A DNA stretch of 24,432 bases, taken from positions 1 to 24,432 of the forward strand of contig JBFEXS010000023.1 of the NCBI GenBank assembly GCA_041562555.1. The letters are read 5' to 3'. This document shows, in pieces, positions 1 to 9,235 of this stretch. A program made the translations under genes and the position numbers. The notes under the pieces were generated by a model, which was not told the origin of the DNA, made no database searches, and was given only the letters and a program-made list of their open reading frames with translations. Position 1 is the stretch's first letter. Each line of letters starts with the position of its first letter. The DNA is from Sulfurimonadaceae bacterium. Its GTDB lineage: Bacteria; Campylobacterota; Campylobacteria; Campylobacterales; Sulfurimonadaceae.

Positions 1-1221
1 AGCGGTTCTACCGGCGTACCAAAAGGAGTGGAACTTTCACATAAAAATCTGATCACCCAGATCAAAGATACACGTGAGGGTTTTGATCTCCATCCTGATT
101 ATAAGGCACTCAGCTTTTTACCCTTGGCACATATCTTTGAACGTATGGTGATGTCTTATTACCTTACTTCAGGTATCTCTGTCTTCTTCGCTGATGATGT
201 CAAGAACGTAGCCAATCTTTTAAAAGAGATTAAACCGCAGGTGATGACAGTCGTACCTAGGCTTTTAGACAAGATATATACCAAGATGCATGAAAATGCA
301 GCACAGGCAAAAGGGATCAAGTGGCTTATAGCGCAGGCTGCTTTTTACAGGGCCAATCATAAAGACCCAAATATTCCTAAACAGAACTTTATTGATCGGT
401 TGTTTGCAAAACTCGTCTATAGCAAGTTGCTAGAGGCTCTTGGAGGCGAATTGAAATATCTTATTACCGGCGGGGCACCTTTGTCGATGCAGGTCTATAC
501 GTTCTTCCATAATATCGGTATTCCCCTATATCAGGGTTACGGCCTGACGGAGACTTCACCGGTGATCTGTGTAAATACTTCAAAAAACAACAGAATCGGT
601 AGTTGTGGTAAGAAATTCTCCCATGTAGAAGTGAAATTGGCAGAGGATTCTGAACTCTTGATGAGGGGAGACTCTTTGATGCTGGGGTATCACAAACAGC
701 CCCAAAAGACGAAAGAAGTCATGGATGAAGATGGGTGGTTTCATACCGGTGATCTGGCTGAAATCGATTCTGAAGGGTATATCTCTATTCTGTCTCGTAA
801 GAAGGAGCTTTTTAAAACATCTACGGGAAAATATGTCAGTGCAATTGCTATGGAACAAAAGATCACTGCAAATAAATGGATCGATTACGCTGTGGTTATC
901 GCGGATAATCGTCCTTTTGTATGTGCCTTGATCTTCATGGATGAGGTTTTGTTAAAAGAGTTTGCGCAAAGGAAGGGACTGAGCGACCTTCCTTTTGAAG
1001 AACTGGTCTCCCATCGTCGTATACAGGCGATAGTACTGAATATCATCAAAAAAGTGAATGAAAAACTCAACGACTGGGAACAGATACAGAAATATCACAT
1101 TATAACGGATGAGGTGAGTATTGAGAGCGGGATCTTGACTCCTTCGATGAAGGTCTCTCGCAGTAATGTAGAAAAGAGATATCAATTAGAGATAGAAAAT
1201 TTTTATAGGAGTGCACAATGA
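1..1221 (+). CDS. Long-chain fatty acyl-CoA ligase (AMP-dependent synthetase), 5'-truncated
   Basis: Frame 1 is open from base 1 and reads SGSTGVPKGV (AMP-binding P-loop), so the true start lies upstream of the window. It also has FLPLAHIFER, YQGYGLTETSP, GWFHTGDL and LTPSMK motifs of FadD15/ACSL-like ligases. Confidence 0.93.
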   Translation, partial: SGSTGVPKGVELSHKNLITQIKDTREGFDLHPDYKALSFLPLAHIFERMVMSYYLTSGISVFFADDVKNVANLLKEIKPQVMTVVPRLLDKIYTKMHENAAQAKGIKWLIAQAAFYRANHKDPNIPKQNFIDRLFAKLVYSKLLEALGGELKYLITGGAPLSMQVYTFFHNIGIPLYQGYGLTETSPVICVNTSKNNRIGSCGKKFSHVEVKLAEDSELLMRGDSLMLGYHKQPQKTKEVMDEDGWFHTGDLAEIDSEGYISILSRKKELFKTSTGKYVSAIAMEQKITANKWIDYAVVIADNRPFVCALIFMDEVLLKEFAQRKGLSDLPFEELVSHRRIQAIVLNIIKKVNEKLNDWEQIQKYHIITDEVSIESGILTPSMKVSRSNVEKRYQLEIENFYRSAQ

Positions 1222-2507
1222 AAGAACGGATTGCGATTATCGATGGTCTTCGTACCCCCATTGCCAAGGCGGGTGGAAAGTTTCAAGGGTTTCAAGCAGA
1301 AAAGTTGGGTGCCCATATCGTTCAGGAATTGGCACTTCGTGTAGGCATTCCTTTTGAGGATTATGATGAAATCATTATCGGGAATGTCTCCCAACCCGGG
1401 CATGCGGCAAATGTTGCTCGCGTCATTTCCTTGGAAGCGGGTTTTCCTGATTCTACAATAGCATATACGGTGCATCGTAATTGTGCCTCGGGGATGGAGT
1501 CGATCACATCTGCGGCGTCGAAAATATTTTCCGGTGATGGAGAGATATTCTTAAGCGGGGGAGTTGAGTCCATGTCTAATGTCCCCTTGCTCTACGGTGA
1601 GAAGATGACGGAGTTGTTTGCTGCTTTGTTCAAGGCGAAAAGCCTATCTGAAAAACTGTATACTCTGAGCCATTTTAGACCACGCTACTTAAAACCTATT
1701 GTCGGCCTGTTGCAGGGGTTGCGTGATCCGGTCTCAGGTCTGATGATGGGTTCAACGGCTGAAGTCTTGGCGCAGGATTTTGGAATTGATAGAGAAGAAC
1801 AAGATGCTTTTGCACTCCAAAGCCATAAACGTGCGGAGGCCGCAATCAAGGCCGGAATATTCAAAGAAGAGATCGCCCCGGTGGTCTATGATCTGAAAAA
1901 AGGTCTCGTGATGGAAGATGATGATGGTGTACGGTTTGGACAGAATATGAAAGCTTTGGGTAAATTGCGTCCTTTCTTTGATCGCAAAAACGGTACGGTC
2001 ACTGCAGGAAACTCTTCTCAGATTTCAGATGCAGCGGCGGCAGTCGTCCTGATGAGTGAATCAAAAGCGAAAAAGATGGGCCTGGATCCTTTGGGCTATA
2101 TGAGTCATTATGCCTATGCCGGATTAGAACCAAAGCGCATGGGGATGGGGCCTGCCTATGCGACGGCAAAACTGTTTAAACAGACGAGGTTAGGTATGAA
2201 AGATTTTGATCTTATCGAGATGAATGAGGCCTTTGCTGTTCAGGCATTGGCCAATATCAAGGCATTTGAATCCGATGCTTATGCACAGGAGCATTTTGGA
2301 CGCTCTAAAGCCCTGGGCAGCATTGATACAACATTATTGAATGTCAACGGTGGTGCAGTGGCTCTTGGACACCCCGTAGGAATGACAGGTACACGTTTAG
2401 TGATCCATACCCTTAAAGAACTGCGACGACGCGGCAAGAACAGAGGCTTGGCAACACTGTGTATCGGCGGCGGCCAGGGTGCATCACTAGTCTTGGAGGT
2501 GGAATAA
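1218..2507 (+). CDS. fadI: Acetyl-CoA C-acyltransferase (3-ketoacyl-CoA thiolase), FadI/FadA-like
   Basis: Catalytic motifs NCASG, NEAF, GHPVG and CIGGG are present. ATGA overlap with the ligase stop; AGGAG RBS at about 1207-1211. Confidence 0.92.
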   Translation: MKERIAIIDGLRTPIAKAGGKFQGFQAEKLGAHIVQELALRVGIPFEDYDEIIIGNVSQPGHAANVARVISLEAGFPDSTIAYTVHRNCASGMESITSAASKIFSGDGEIFLSGGVESMSNVPLLYGEKMTELFAALFKAKSLSEKLYTLSHFRPRYLKPIVGLLQGLRDPVSGLMMGSTAEVLAQDFGIDREEQDAFALQSHKRAEAAIKAGIFKEEIAPVVYDLKKGLVMEDDDGVRFGQNMKALGKLRPFFDRKNGTVTAGNSSQISDAAAAVVLMSESKAKKMGLDPLGYMSHYAYAGLEPKRMGMGPAYATAKLFKQTRLGMKDFDLIEMNEAFAVQALANIKAFESDAYAQEHFGRSKALGSIDTTLLNVNGGAVALGHPVGMTGTRLVIHTLKELRRRGKNRGLATLCIGGGQGASLVLEVE

Positions 2508-4612
2508 TGAAAGTGTTTGATTTTTCTATAGAGGATAATATTGCCACACTCTGTCTGGACCTTGAAGATTCGACGGTTAATGTCCTCTCGTCAGATGTCT
2601 TACGTACTTTGGATGAAAAGCTCGATAAACTAAAAACCATGCAGGATATCAAACTGCTGAAAATAACCTCGGCCAAGGAGGGGATATTTATTGCAGGTGC
2701 GGATATCTCAGAAATAGAGACCTTGCGGGATGAAGACGAGGCGTATGAACTGGTGCGTGAAGGTCAGAAAATACTTTCAAAAATCTCTGCTTTACCATTC
2801 CCGACCCTTGCGATCATTGATGGTGCCTGTTTGGGCGGTGGTCTGGAACTGGCCCTGTGTTGTAGCTATCGATTGGCTACCGAAAACACAAAAACGAAAA
2901 TTGGCCTTCCAGAAGTGAATCTTGGTGTTTTACCCGGATTTGGAGGTACACAGCGCTTGCGACGTCTAACGGGGCTTTCAAAGGCCCTGGAATTAATTCT
3001 GGGTGGGAAGATCTTAAACGGTAAAAAGGCGGAAAAACTGGGTGTAGTGGATGCCTGTGTCCCAAAAGGGTATCTGGAATTTAAAGAGAAAGCTTTTGTC
3101 GAAACAATTTTAAATGATCCCAAAAAGATCTTGGCTAAACGCAAGAAGAACTCTTTTATGGAAAAATATCTTCCTTCTGTTGTCTTCTCATATGCCCGTA
3201 AAAATGTGATGAAGATGACAAAGGGTAAATATCCCGCTCCCCTTGCTATTTTGGACCTTATTGAGAAGACTTTGAACAAAGAGGTCGAAGAAGGGTTGGA
3301 ATTTGAAGCCAGAGCTTTTTGTAAGTTGGCCATAACAGATATCAGTAAAAACCTTATTGGACTTTTTTATACCTCTGAAGCCCTTAATAAAGAGGCAGGC
3401 GTCAAACGCAAGGTAAATCCGACACCGATCAATATGGTTAATGTCATCGGTGCAGGGGTTATGGGTTCAGGCATGGTCTTTCAGTTCTCGAAGATCGACA
3501 AATTGGTCAGAATGAAACTACGTCGCTATGAGCAGGCAGGTGCAGCGATGCAAAGTATTGCCAAGGTGTATGACGGGTTTATAAAGCGTCATCGGCTCAC
3601 CAAGGAAGAGGTGGGACAGAAGCTGGCACATATCTCTTATACAACGGAGTTTGACGGGTTTAAACATACCGATCTCGCCCTAGAAGCAATTGTCGAGAAT
3701 AAAGAAGCCAAACAGGAACTGTATACTGAATTGGAAGCACGCATGGATGAGAAGGCGATAATCGCATCGAATACATCTTCCCTGTCCATCACAATGCTAA
3801 GCGAGAAGATGCAGCATCCGCAACGTTTTATAGGAATGCATTTTTTTAACCCGGTACCAAGAATGCCCCTTGTGGAGATCATCCCCGGCAAAAAGACATC
3901 GGATAAAACGATTGCTACCGTTGTGGCTTTGGCAAAAGAAGCCGGAAAAACACCGATCGTCGTAGGTGATTGTGCAGGTTTTCTGGTTAATCGTATTTTG
4001 TTGCCATATATCAATGAAGCCGTTCGTATGTTCGAAGAGGGTGCGGACTTTGAACGTATGGATAATATCATTGCTGATTTCGGTATGCCCATGGGCCCAT
4101 TTGTTCTGGCTGATGAAGTAGGACTTGATGTCGGTTATAAGGTGGCGAAGGTACTTGAAGAGGCTTATGGAGAACGTATGAAGGTATCACCTATATTAGA
4201 TAGGGTATATCAACAGATGCAGCTCTTAGGCAAAAAATCCGGCAAAGGTTTTTATATTCACGAAGCGAAAAAACGTGTGGTGAACGATGCGGTCAAGAAC
4301 CTTGTGTTCTCCAAGCGTCAGTTTGATAAACAGGAGATAATCGATAGAGCGATGCTGATAATGGTGAATGAAGCAGCAATGTGTTTGGAAGAAGGTATCG
4401 TTCAAAGTGCTCAATATTTGGATATGGCGATGATTATGGGTACGGGGTTCCCTCCTTTTAGGGGAGGCTTGTTACGTTATGCGGACTCCCTTGGTATAGA
4501 AAATATCGTTATCACACTCGAATCATTATCCAAAAATTATGGTCTCCGCTTTGCACCGGCAAAACTTCTTGTTGTTATGGCTAAAAATGGCCAAACTTTT
4601 TATAAAGGATAA
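2507..4612 (+). CDS. fadJ: Fatty-acid oxidation multifunctional enzyme (enoyl-CoA hydratase + 3-hydroxyacyl-CoA dehydrogenase), FadJ/FadB-like
   Basis: Crotonase motifs FIAGADI, GGGLELAL and LPEVNLGVLPGFGGTQRL; dehydrogenase motifs GAGVMG, SNTSS, GMHFFNP and GFLVNR. Start moved from 2459 to the ATG at 2507 (TAATG overlap with the thiolase stop, GGAGG just upstream). Confidence 0.92.
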   Translation: MKVFDFSIEDNIATLCLDLEDSTVNVLSSDVLRTLDEKLDKLKTMQDIKLLKITSAKEGIFIAGADISEIETLRDEDEAYELVREGQKILSKISALPFPTLAIIDGACLGGGLELALCCSYRLATENTKTKIGLPEVNLGVLPGFGGTQRLRRLTGLSKALELILGGKILNGKKAEKLGVVDACVPKGYLEFKEKAFVETILNDPKKILAKRKKNSFMEKYLPSVVFSYARKNVMKMTKGKYPAPLAILDLIEKTLNKEVEEGLEFEARAFCKLAITDISKNLIGLFYTSEALNKEAGVKRKVNPTPINMVNVIGAGVMGSGMVFQFSKIDKLVRMKLRRYEQAGAAMQSIAKVYDGFIKRHRLTKEEVGQKLAHISYTTEFDGFKHTDLALEAIVENKEAKQELYTELEARMDEKAIIASNTSSLSITMLSEKMQHPQRFIGMHFFNPVPRMPLVEIIPGKKTSDKTIATVVALAKEAGKTPIVVGDCAGFLVNRILLPYINEAVRMFEEGADFERMDNIIADFGMPMGPFVLADEVGLDVGYKVAKVLEEAYGERMKVSPILDRVYQQMQLLGKKSGKGFYIHEAKKRVVNDAVKNLVFSKRQFDKQEIIDRAMLIMVNEAAMCLEEGIVQSAQYLDMAMIMGTGFPPFRGGLLRYADSLGIENIVITLESLSKNYGLRFAPAKLLVVMAKNGQTFYKG

Positions 4613-4614
4613 AC

Positions 4615-7008
4615 ATGGATTATATTTTACTAGGGTTAGTACTTTTATTGTTAGGTTTATGGTTTGTTGGGACAAAGGCTGTTTATTGGGCAGCACTCTT
4701 AGCAGTGATTATTTATATTTCTTGTGATCCCGGAGCGGTGTTTTGGTTGATATACGTGCCGATAAACCTCGTATTATTGGTACCTGAGATACGCCGTAAT
4801 CTCATCTCCAAGCATTTGGTCGGTCTTATCAATAAGTTGAAATTGATGCCAAGTATCTCGAACACGGAAAAAACAGCATTACGAGCAGGTACGATATGGG
4901 TGGATGGGGAGTTCTTCTCTGGAAAACCGAACTTTTCGAATATATTCAAGGAGAAATATCCTGCATTGACATCTGAAGAGAAGGAGTTTCTGGATACAAA
5001 GGTTGATACGGTATGTCAAATGACAGATGACTGGGAAGTGTTTCAAAAACGTGATCTGTCAAAAGAGGTGTGGCAGTACCTCAAAGATGAGAAATTCTTT
5101 GGAATGATTATCCCAAAATCTTATGGAGGATTGGGCTTTTCAGCATTGGGGCATTCGGCAGTAATACAAAAGATGGCTTCACGTTCCCAAGTGCTTGCGA
5201 TCTCCACGATGGTCCCTAACTCTCTTGGGCCGGCGGAGCTGTTGATGCATTATGGGACAACTGCGCAAAAAGAGCATTATCTACCAAGACTGGCAGACGG
5301 CAGGGATATCCCTTGCTTCGCATTGACAGAACCGATGGCCGGTTCAGATGCAACATCGATACGTTCGTATGGTGAAGTCTTTGAAGATGAGGATGGGAAT
5401 GTCAAGATACGACTGCAGTTTGATAAGCGCTATATCACTTTAGGTTCCATTGCAACCGTGATCGGACTTGCATTTACGCTACGCGATCCAAACAATGTGT
5501 TGGAAAGGGGGGAGGACCTGGGAATAACCTGTGCACTGGTAGATGCAAAACTCAAAGGGGTGAAGCAGGGACGTCAACATGATCCTTTGGGCGTGCCGTT
5601 TATCAACTCCCCAATCAGTGGTAAGGATGTCATCATCAGTATCGATGATGTCATCGGAGGAGAAAAGGGGATCGGCAAGGGTTGGATGATGCTTATGGAA
5701 TCTCTTGCTGTAGGCCGCGGTATTTCACTCCCGTCTACAAGTACGGGTGGAGCTAAGCTTGGAGCACGTGTCGCAGGTGCTTATGCCGAAGTGAGAGAAC
5801 AGTTTGGTATCTCGATTTCCAAATTCGAAGGGATTGAAATTGAACTTGCCAGGATAGCAGGGTTTACCTATATGATGGATGCAGCGAGGAAGTTTACCAT
5901 TGGTGCAATCGATGAGGGTAAAAAACCTGCAGTTATCAATGCGGTGATGAAATATCACTCTACGGAGAAGTTTAGAGAGATCATGACGCATTCGATGGAT
6001 ATCCTGGGTGGAGCAGCAATCTCATTAGGTAAAAAGAACTTGATCGCCCATGCGTATTTGGGAGCACCGATCGCCATTACGGTAGAAGGTGCAAATATAA
6101 TGACGCGTACACTCATTCAGTTCGGTCAGGGCGTTATCAGATGTCATCCCTATGCATATAAGGAGATCGAGGCTCTTGAAGAGGGCGATGTGAATGCCTT
6201 TGATGAAAACTTTTTTAAACATATCGGGTTTACACTGAGAAATATGGTCAGAATGATACTTCTAAGCTTGAGTAGAGGATATCTACATATCTCATCGCGT
6301 TCGTCGCTGATAGCAAAATATGAACGAAAACTGGCATGGTCTTCTGCAACGTTTGCTTTCCTGACAGACTTTGTTATGGGATATTATGGGGGTAGTCTAA
6401 AGCAAAAAGAGAAAATTACCGCACGTTTTGGCGATATCCTCTCCTGGATGTATCTTCTTACGGCGACACTCAAACGATTTGAGGCAGAAGGGAAGCAAAA
6501 AGAGGATGAAATCTATGTCAGATGGATTGGAGAGTATGCCTTGCATCAGATCCAAGTCGCATATGAGGAGATCAGTCAAAATATCGATCGTTCACTGGTA
6601 GGTCTTTTCTTCGCCTATCCAATTGCATGGTATATGCGTCTTAATGCTATCAGCAAAGCACCGCGTGATTTTTATTCTAAAACCCTGGCTTCAAAAATCA
6701 CTGTCGATGGAAATGACAGAGAGCGCTTGACAGAGGGGATCTATTTAAGTGAAGACGTAGACCAAGCCATAGGAAGGCTTGAACATGCCTTCAAGCTGTC
6801 AAGAAAGGCAGATAGTATCGTACATAAGATCAAAAAAGAGCTGCGTGCAGGTAGGCTGCAAAAAGGCTCGAACCTTTATGATGATGCCTTAAAGGCAGGT
6901 GTAATCAGTGAGGCTGAACATGAATTGTTGCATGAGGCTAGGAGAGTCAAAGAAGAAGCTGTCCTGGTAGATGAGTTTACGACGAAAGACTATTTGAAAC
7001 GAGCATAA
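4615..7008 (+). CDS. fadE: Acyl-CoA dehydrogenase, FadE type (N-terminal membrane anchor, C-terminal extension)
   Basis: 797 aa with hydrophobic N-terminus and VPNSLGPAELL, CFALTEPMAGSDA, KRYITL, GRGISLP and TVEGANI motifs, as in E. coli-type FadE. Confidence 0.92.
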   Translation: MDYILLGLVLLLLGLWFVGTKAVYWAALLAVIIYISCDPGAVFWLIYVPINLVLLVPEIRRNLISKHLVGLINKLKLMPSISNTEKTALRAGTIWVDGEFFSGKPNFSNIFKEKYPALTSEEKEFLDTKVDTVCQMTDDWEVFQKRDLSKEVWQYLKDEKFFGMIIPKSYGGLGFSALGHSAVIQKMASRSQVLAISTMVPNSLGPAELLMHYGTTAQKEHYLPRLADGRDIPCFALTEPMAGSDATSIRSYGEVFEDEDGNVKIRLQFDKRYITLGSIATVIGLAFTLRDPNNVLERGEDLGITCALVDAKLKGVKQGRQHDPLGVPFINSPISGKDVIISIDDVIGGEKGIGKGWMMLMESLAVGRGISLPSTSTGGAKLGARVAGAYAEVREQFGISISKFEGIEIELARIAGFTYMMDAARKFTIGAIDEGKKPAVINAVMKYHSTEKFREIMTHSMDILGGAAISLGKKNLIAHAYLGAPIAITVEGANIMTRTLIQFGQGVIRCHPYAYKEIEALEEGDVNAFDENFFKHIGFTLRNMVRMILLSLSRGYLHISSRSSLIAKYERKLAWSSATFAFLTDFVMGYYGGSLKQKEKITARFGDILSWMYLLTATLKRFEAEGKQKEDEIYVRWIGEYALHQIQVAYEEISQNIDRSLVGLFFAYPIAWYMRLNAISKAPRDFYSKTLASKITVDGNDRERLTEGIYLSEDVDQAIGRLEHAFKLSRKADSIVHKIKKELRAGRLQKGSNLYDDALKAGVISEAEHELLHEARRVKEEAVLVDEFTTKDYLKRA

Positions 7009-7027
7009 AGAGGAGGGAGAATATAGT

Positions 7028-9223
7028 ATGAGTAATTTACTCTATAGTTCCAGCAATTATTTAATTCGCATGGTAGAGTCAATACTCGAAACAAATATTC
7101 ATGTGCATGGAGAAGAGAACCTGCTTCATGATGCTCCCACTCTTTTTGTGGCAAATCATTTTACCCGTTTTGAGACCTTCGTTATGCCCTATATTATTTT
7201 TTCACACTCTCAGATGGGTGTGCGTTCACTCGCAGATCACTCTATCTTTGTCGGATACTTTGGAAAGTTTTTAAATAGGGTCGGAACACTTTCTACCAAT
7301 GCAGAACATAGAAATGAGATCATTCTTGGTGATCTTATGACAGGTCGGGAGAATTGGATCATTTACCCTGAAGGGGCGATGGTTAAAAATAAGAAGATTA
7401 TCAAAAACAATGAGTTCATTCTAGACTTCCTAGACGGTACCAGTCCGGTTCATACGGGCTCAGCCGTATTGGCAATAGAAAGTGAATTACTAAAACAGGA
7501 GTATAAAAGAGCCCAACAGGCAGGTGATGTCATCAAGGTAAGACAGATGCGTGAGAAGTATTTTATCAAGCCAAATGAACGTGTCTCTTATCGCAGTACA
7601 GTCGTAGTCCCGGTTAATATCACCTATACGCCAATTCGTCCCGGGATGAACCCTATGATGAGCATTGGGAACAAGGTGGTTGAGCATATCGATGAACGTA
7701 TTAAGGAAGAGCTGGAGATCGAAGGCAATATCTTGCTTAATTCGGAAATACATGTACGATTCGATAAACCTGTGGATATCCTGACATACATCTATAAGGC
7801 GAGAGATGAAATGCGGTGTCAAACAGATAAGGAAGGAACGATCTCGGATAAAGACCTGATCGGATACTGTCGTCATGATCTGACAACACAGTTCATGGAT
7901 GCAGTCTATAAAAACACCTTGATCAATTTTGATCATATCTTTGCGCTGGTATTGGCCCATTATTGTGAAGAATATATTGGGTTACATGAGTTGAAAAGGG
8001 CTATTTTCTTGGCCGCAAGGGATGTCATGGCGTTGAAGACCTATCATGTCCACCATAGTATCAGGGATGAGCTCTACAAGCTGCTTACGGATGAGAAAGA
8101 CCCCTGGTTTGAAAGTGCATTGGGTCTGGCCTTGGAGCAACATGTCTTAGCACATGTTGAAGATGAACTGTATAGGATTAATAAAGGGGTGTTTGAGCAA
8201 GAACATGAGTTCCATACGATTCGTATTCGCAACACTTTAAAGGTCATCTTAAATGAGATCTCCTTATTCAATAATGTGACGCAAAGTGTACAGGATAATC
8301 TGAATAAGAGCTCTCACAAGATTAAAGAAGAGGTGTTCTATCTTATTTACAATCAGGATAAGAAGATTTATAAACAGACCTACAATAAGTTTTATTCAGT
8401 GCTTCTGTCAAAGCCAAAGGAGATCGGTGAGCCGTTTATCTTATATAACCCCGATTTTTGTGTAGGCGTCGTCTTATCTCACGGTTATACATCCTCTCCT
8501 TCGGAGATCAAAGAGCTGGCATATCATCTGCATGAACAGGGGATGAATGTCTATGGGGTCCGTTTACAGGGGCATGGTACCGTAAGCGAAGACCTTCGTG
8601 ACAGTACCTGGGAAGGTTGGTACGATAGCTTTAATCGCGGTTTTGCCGCTTTGCGGCAGGTAAGTAAGAAACTTTTTGTTGCAGGGTTCTCGACAGGAGG
8701 ACTATTAGCCATAATGGCAACGGCGAGAAAGCGTAATAGGGTTGATGGACTAATTGTGATCAATGCGGCTTTGGAGCTTCAGGATATCCGTGTCAATTAT
8801 GTCGTCCCGACACTTAATAAACTGAATGATTTTTTAGCACTTTTTAAAGCGGACTTGGAGTATGTTGAAGGTGAATCGGAGTTTCCGGATTTCAATTACA
8901 AACGAAATTACATCAAGTCTTTGGATCAGTTGCGTTTATTGATGCAAGAGTGTCAGTTGGCACTACCTTTGATTACAACACCTACCTTGATCATACAAGG
9001 AGATAAAGATCCTGTAGTGAAGCCTGAAAGTGCCAACAAGATTTTCGATATGATCAGTTCGCAAGACAAGCGATTGGAGAGCCTCTCTTCAAACCGCCAC
9101 GTGATTGTCTTGGGTGAGGGAAAAGAGAGAGTCTTTAATTGTGTAAGTGAGTTTATTCAGTCAAAGGCCAAGGACTTTTTTTTATACAAAGCAGATGGAA
9201 TGCGTGAAAAGTGTGATCTGTAA
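7028..9223 (+). CDS. Fusion of a PlsC/PlsB-like acyltransferase domain and a C-terminal alpha/beta-hydrolase (esterase/monoacylglycerol lipase-like)
   Basis: The N-terminal part has VANHFTRFE (HX4D-like block I) and IYPEG. The C-terminal part has SHGY, nucleophile elbow GFSTG (8684-8698), QGDKDPVV and SNRHVI. Strong GAGGAGG RBS upstream. Confidence 0.82.
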   Translation: MSNLLYSSSNYLIRMVESILETNIHVHGEENLLHDAPTLFVANHFTRFETFVMPYIIFSHSQMGVRSLADHSIFVGYFGKFLNRVGTLSTNAEHRNEIILGDLMTGRENWIIYPEGAMVKNKKIIKNNEFILDFLDGTSPVHTGSAVLAIESELLKQEYKRAQQAGDVIKVRQMREKYFIKPNERVSYRSTVVVPVNITYTPIRPGMNPMMSIGNKVVEHIDERIKEELEIEGNILLNSEIHVRFDKPVDILTYIYKARDEMRCQTDKEGTISDKDLIGYCRHDLTTQFMDAVYKNTLINFDHIFALVLAHYCEEYIGLHELKRAIFLAARDVMALKTYHVHHSIRDELYKLLTDEKDPWFESALGLALEQHVLAHVEDELYRINKGVFEQEHEFHTIRIRNTLKVILNEISLFNNVTQSVQDNLNKSSHKIKEEVFYLIYNQDKKIYKQTYNKFYSVLLSKPKEIGEPFILYNPDFCVGVVLSHGYTSSPSEIKELAYHLHEQGMNVYGVRLQGHGTVSEDLRDSTWEGWYDSFNRGFAALRQVSKKLFVAGFSTGGLLAIMATARKRNRVDGLIVINAALELQDIRVNYVVPTLNKLNDFLALFKADLEYVEGESEFPDFNYKRNYIKSLDQLRLLMQECQLALPLITTPTLIIQGDKDPVVKPESANKIFDMISSQDKRLESLSSNRHVIVLGEGKERVFNCVSEFIQSKAKDFFLYKADGMREKCDL

Positions 9224-9235
9224 TGAGGTGGAAAG

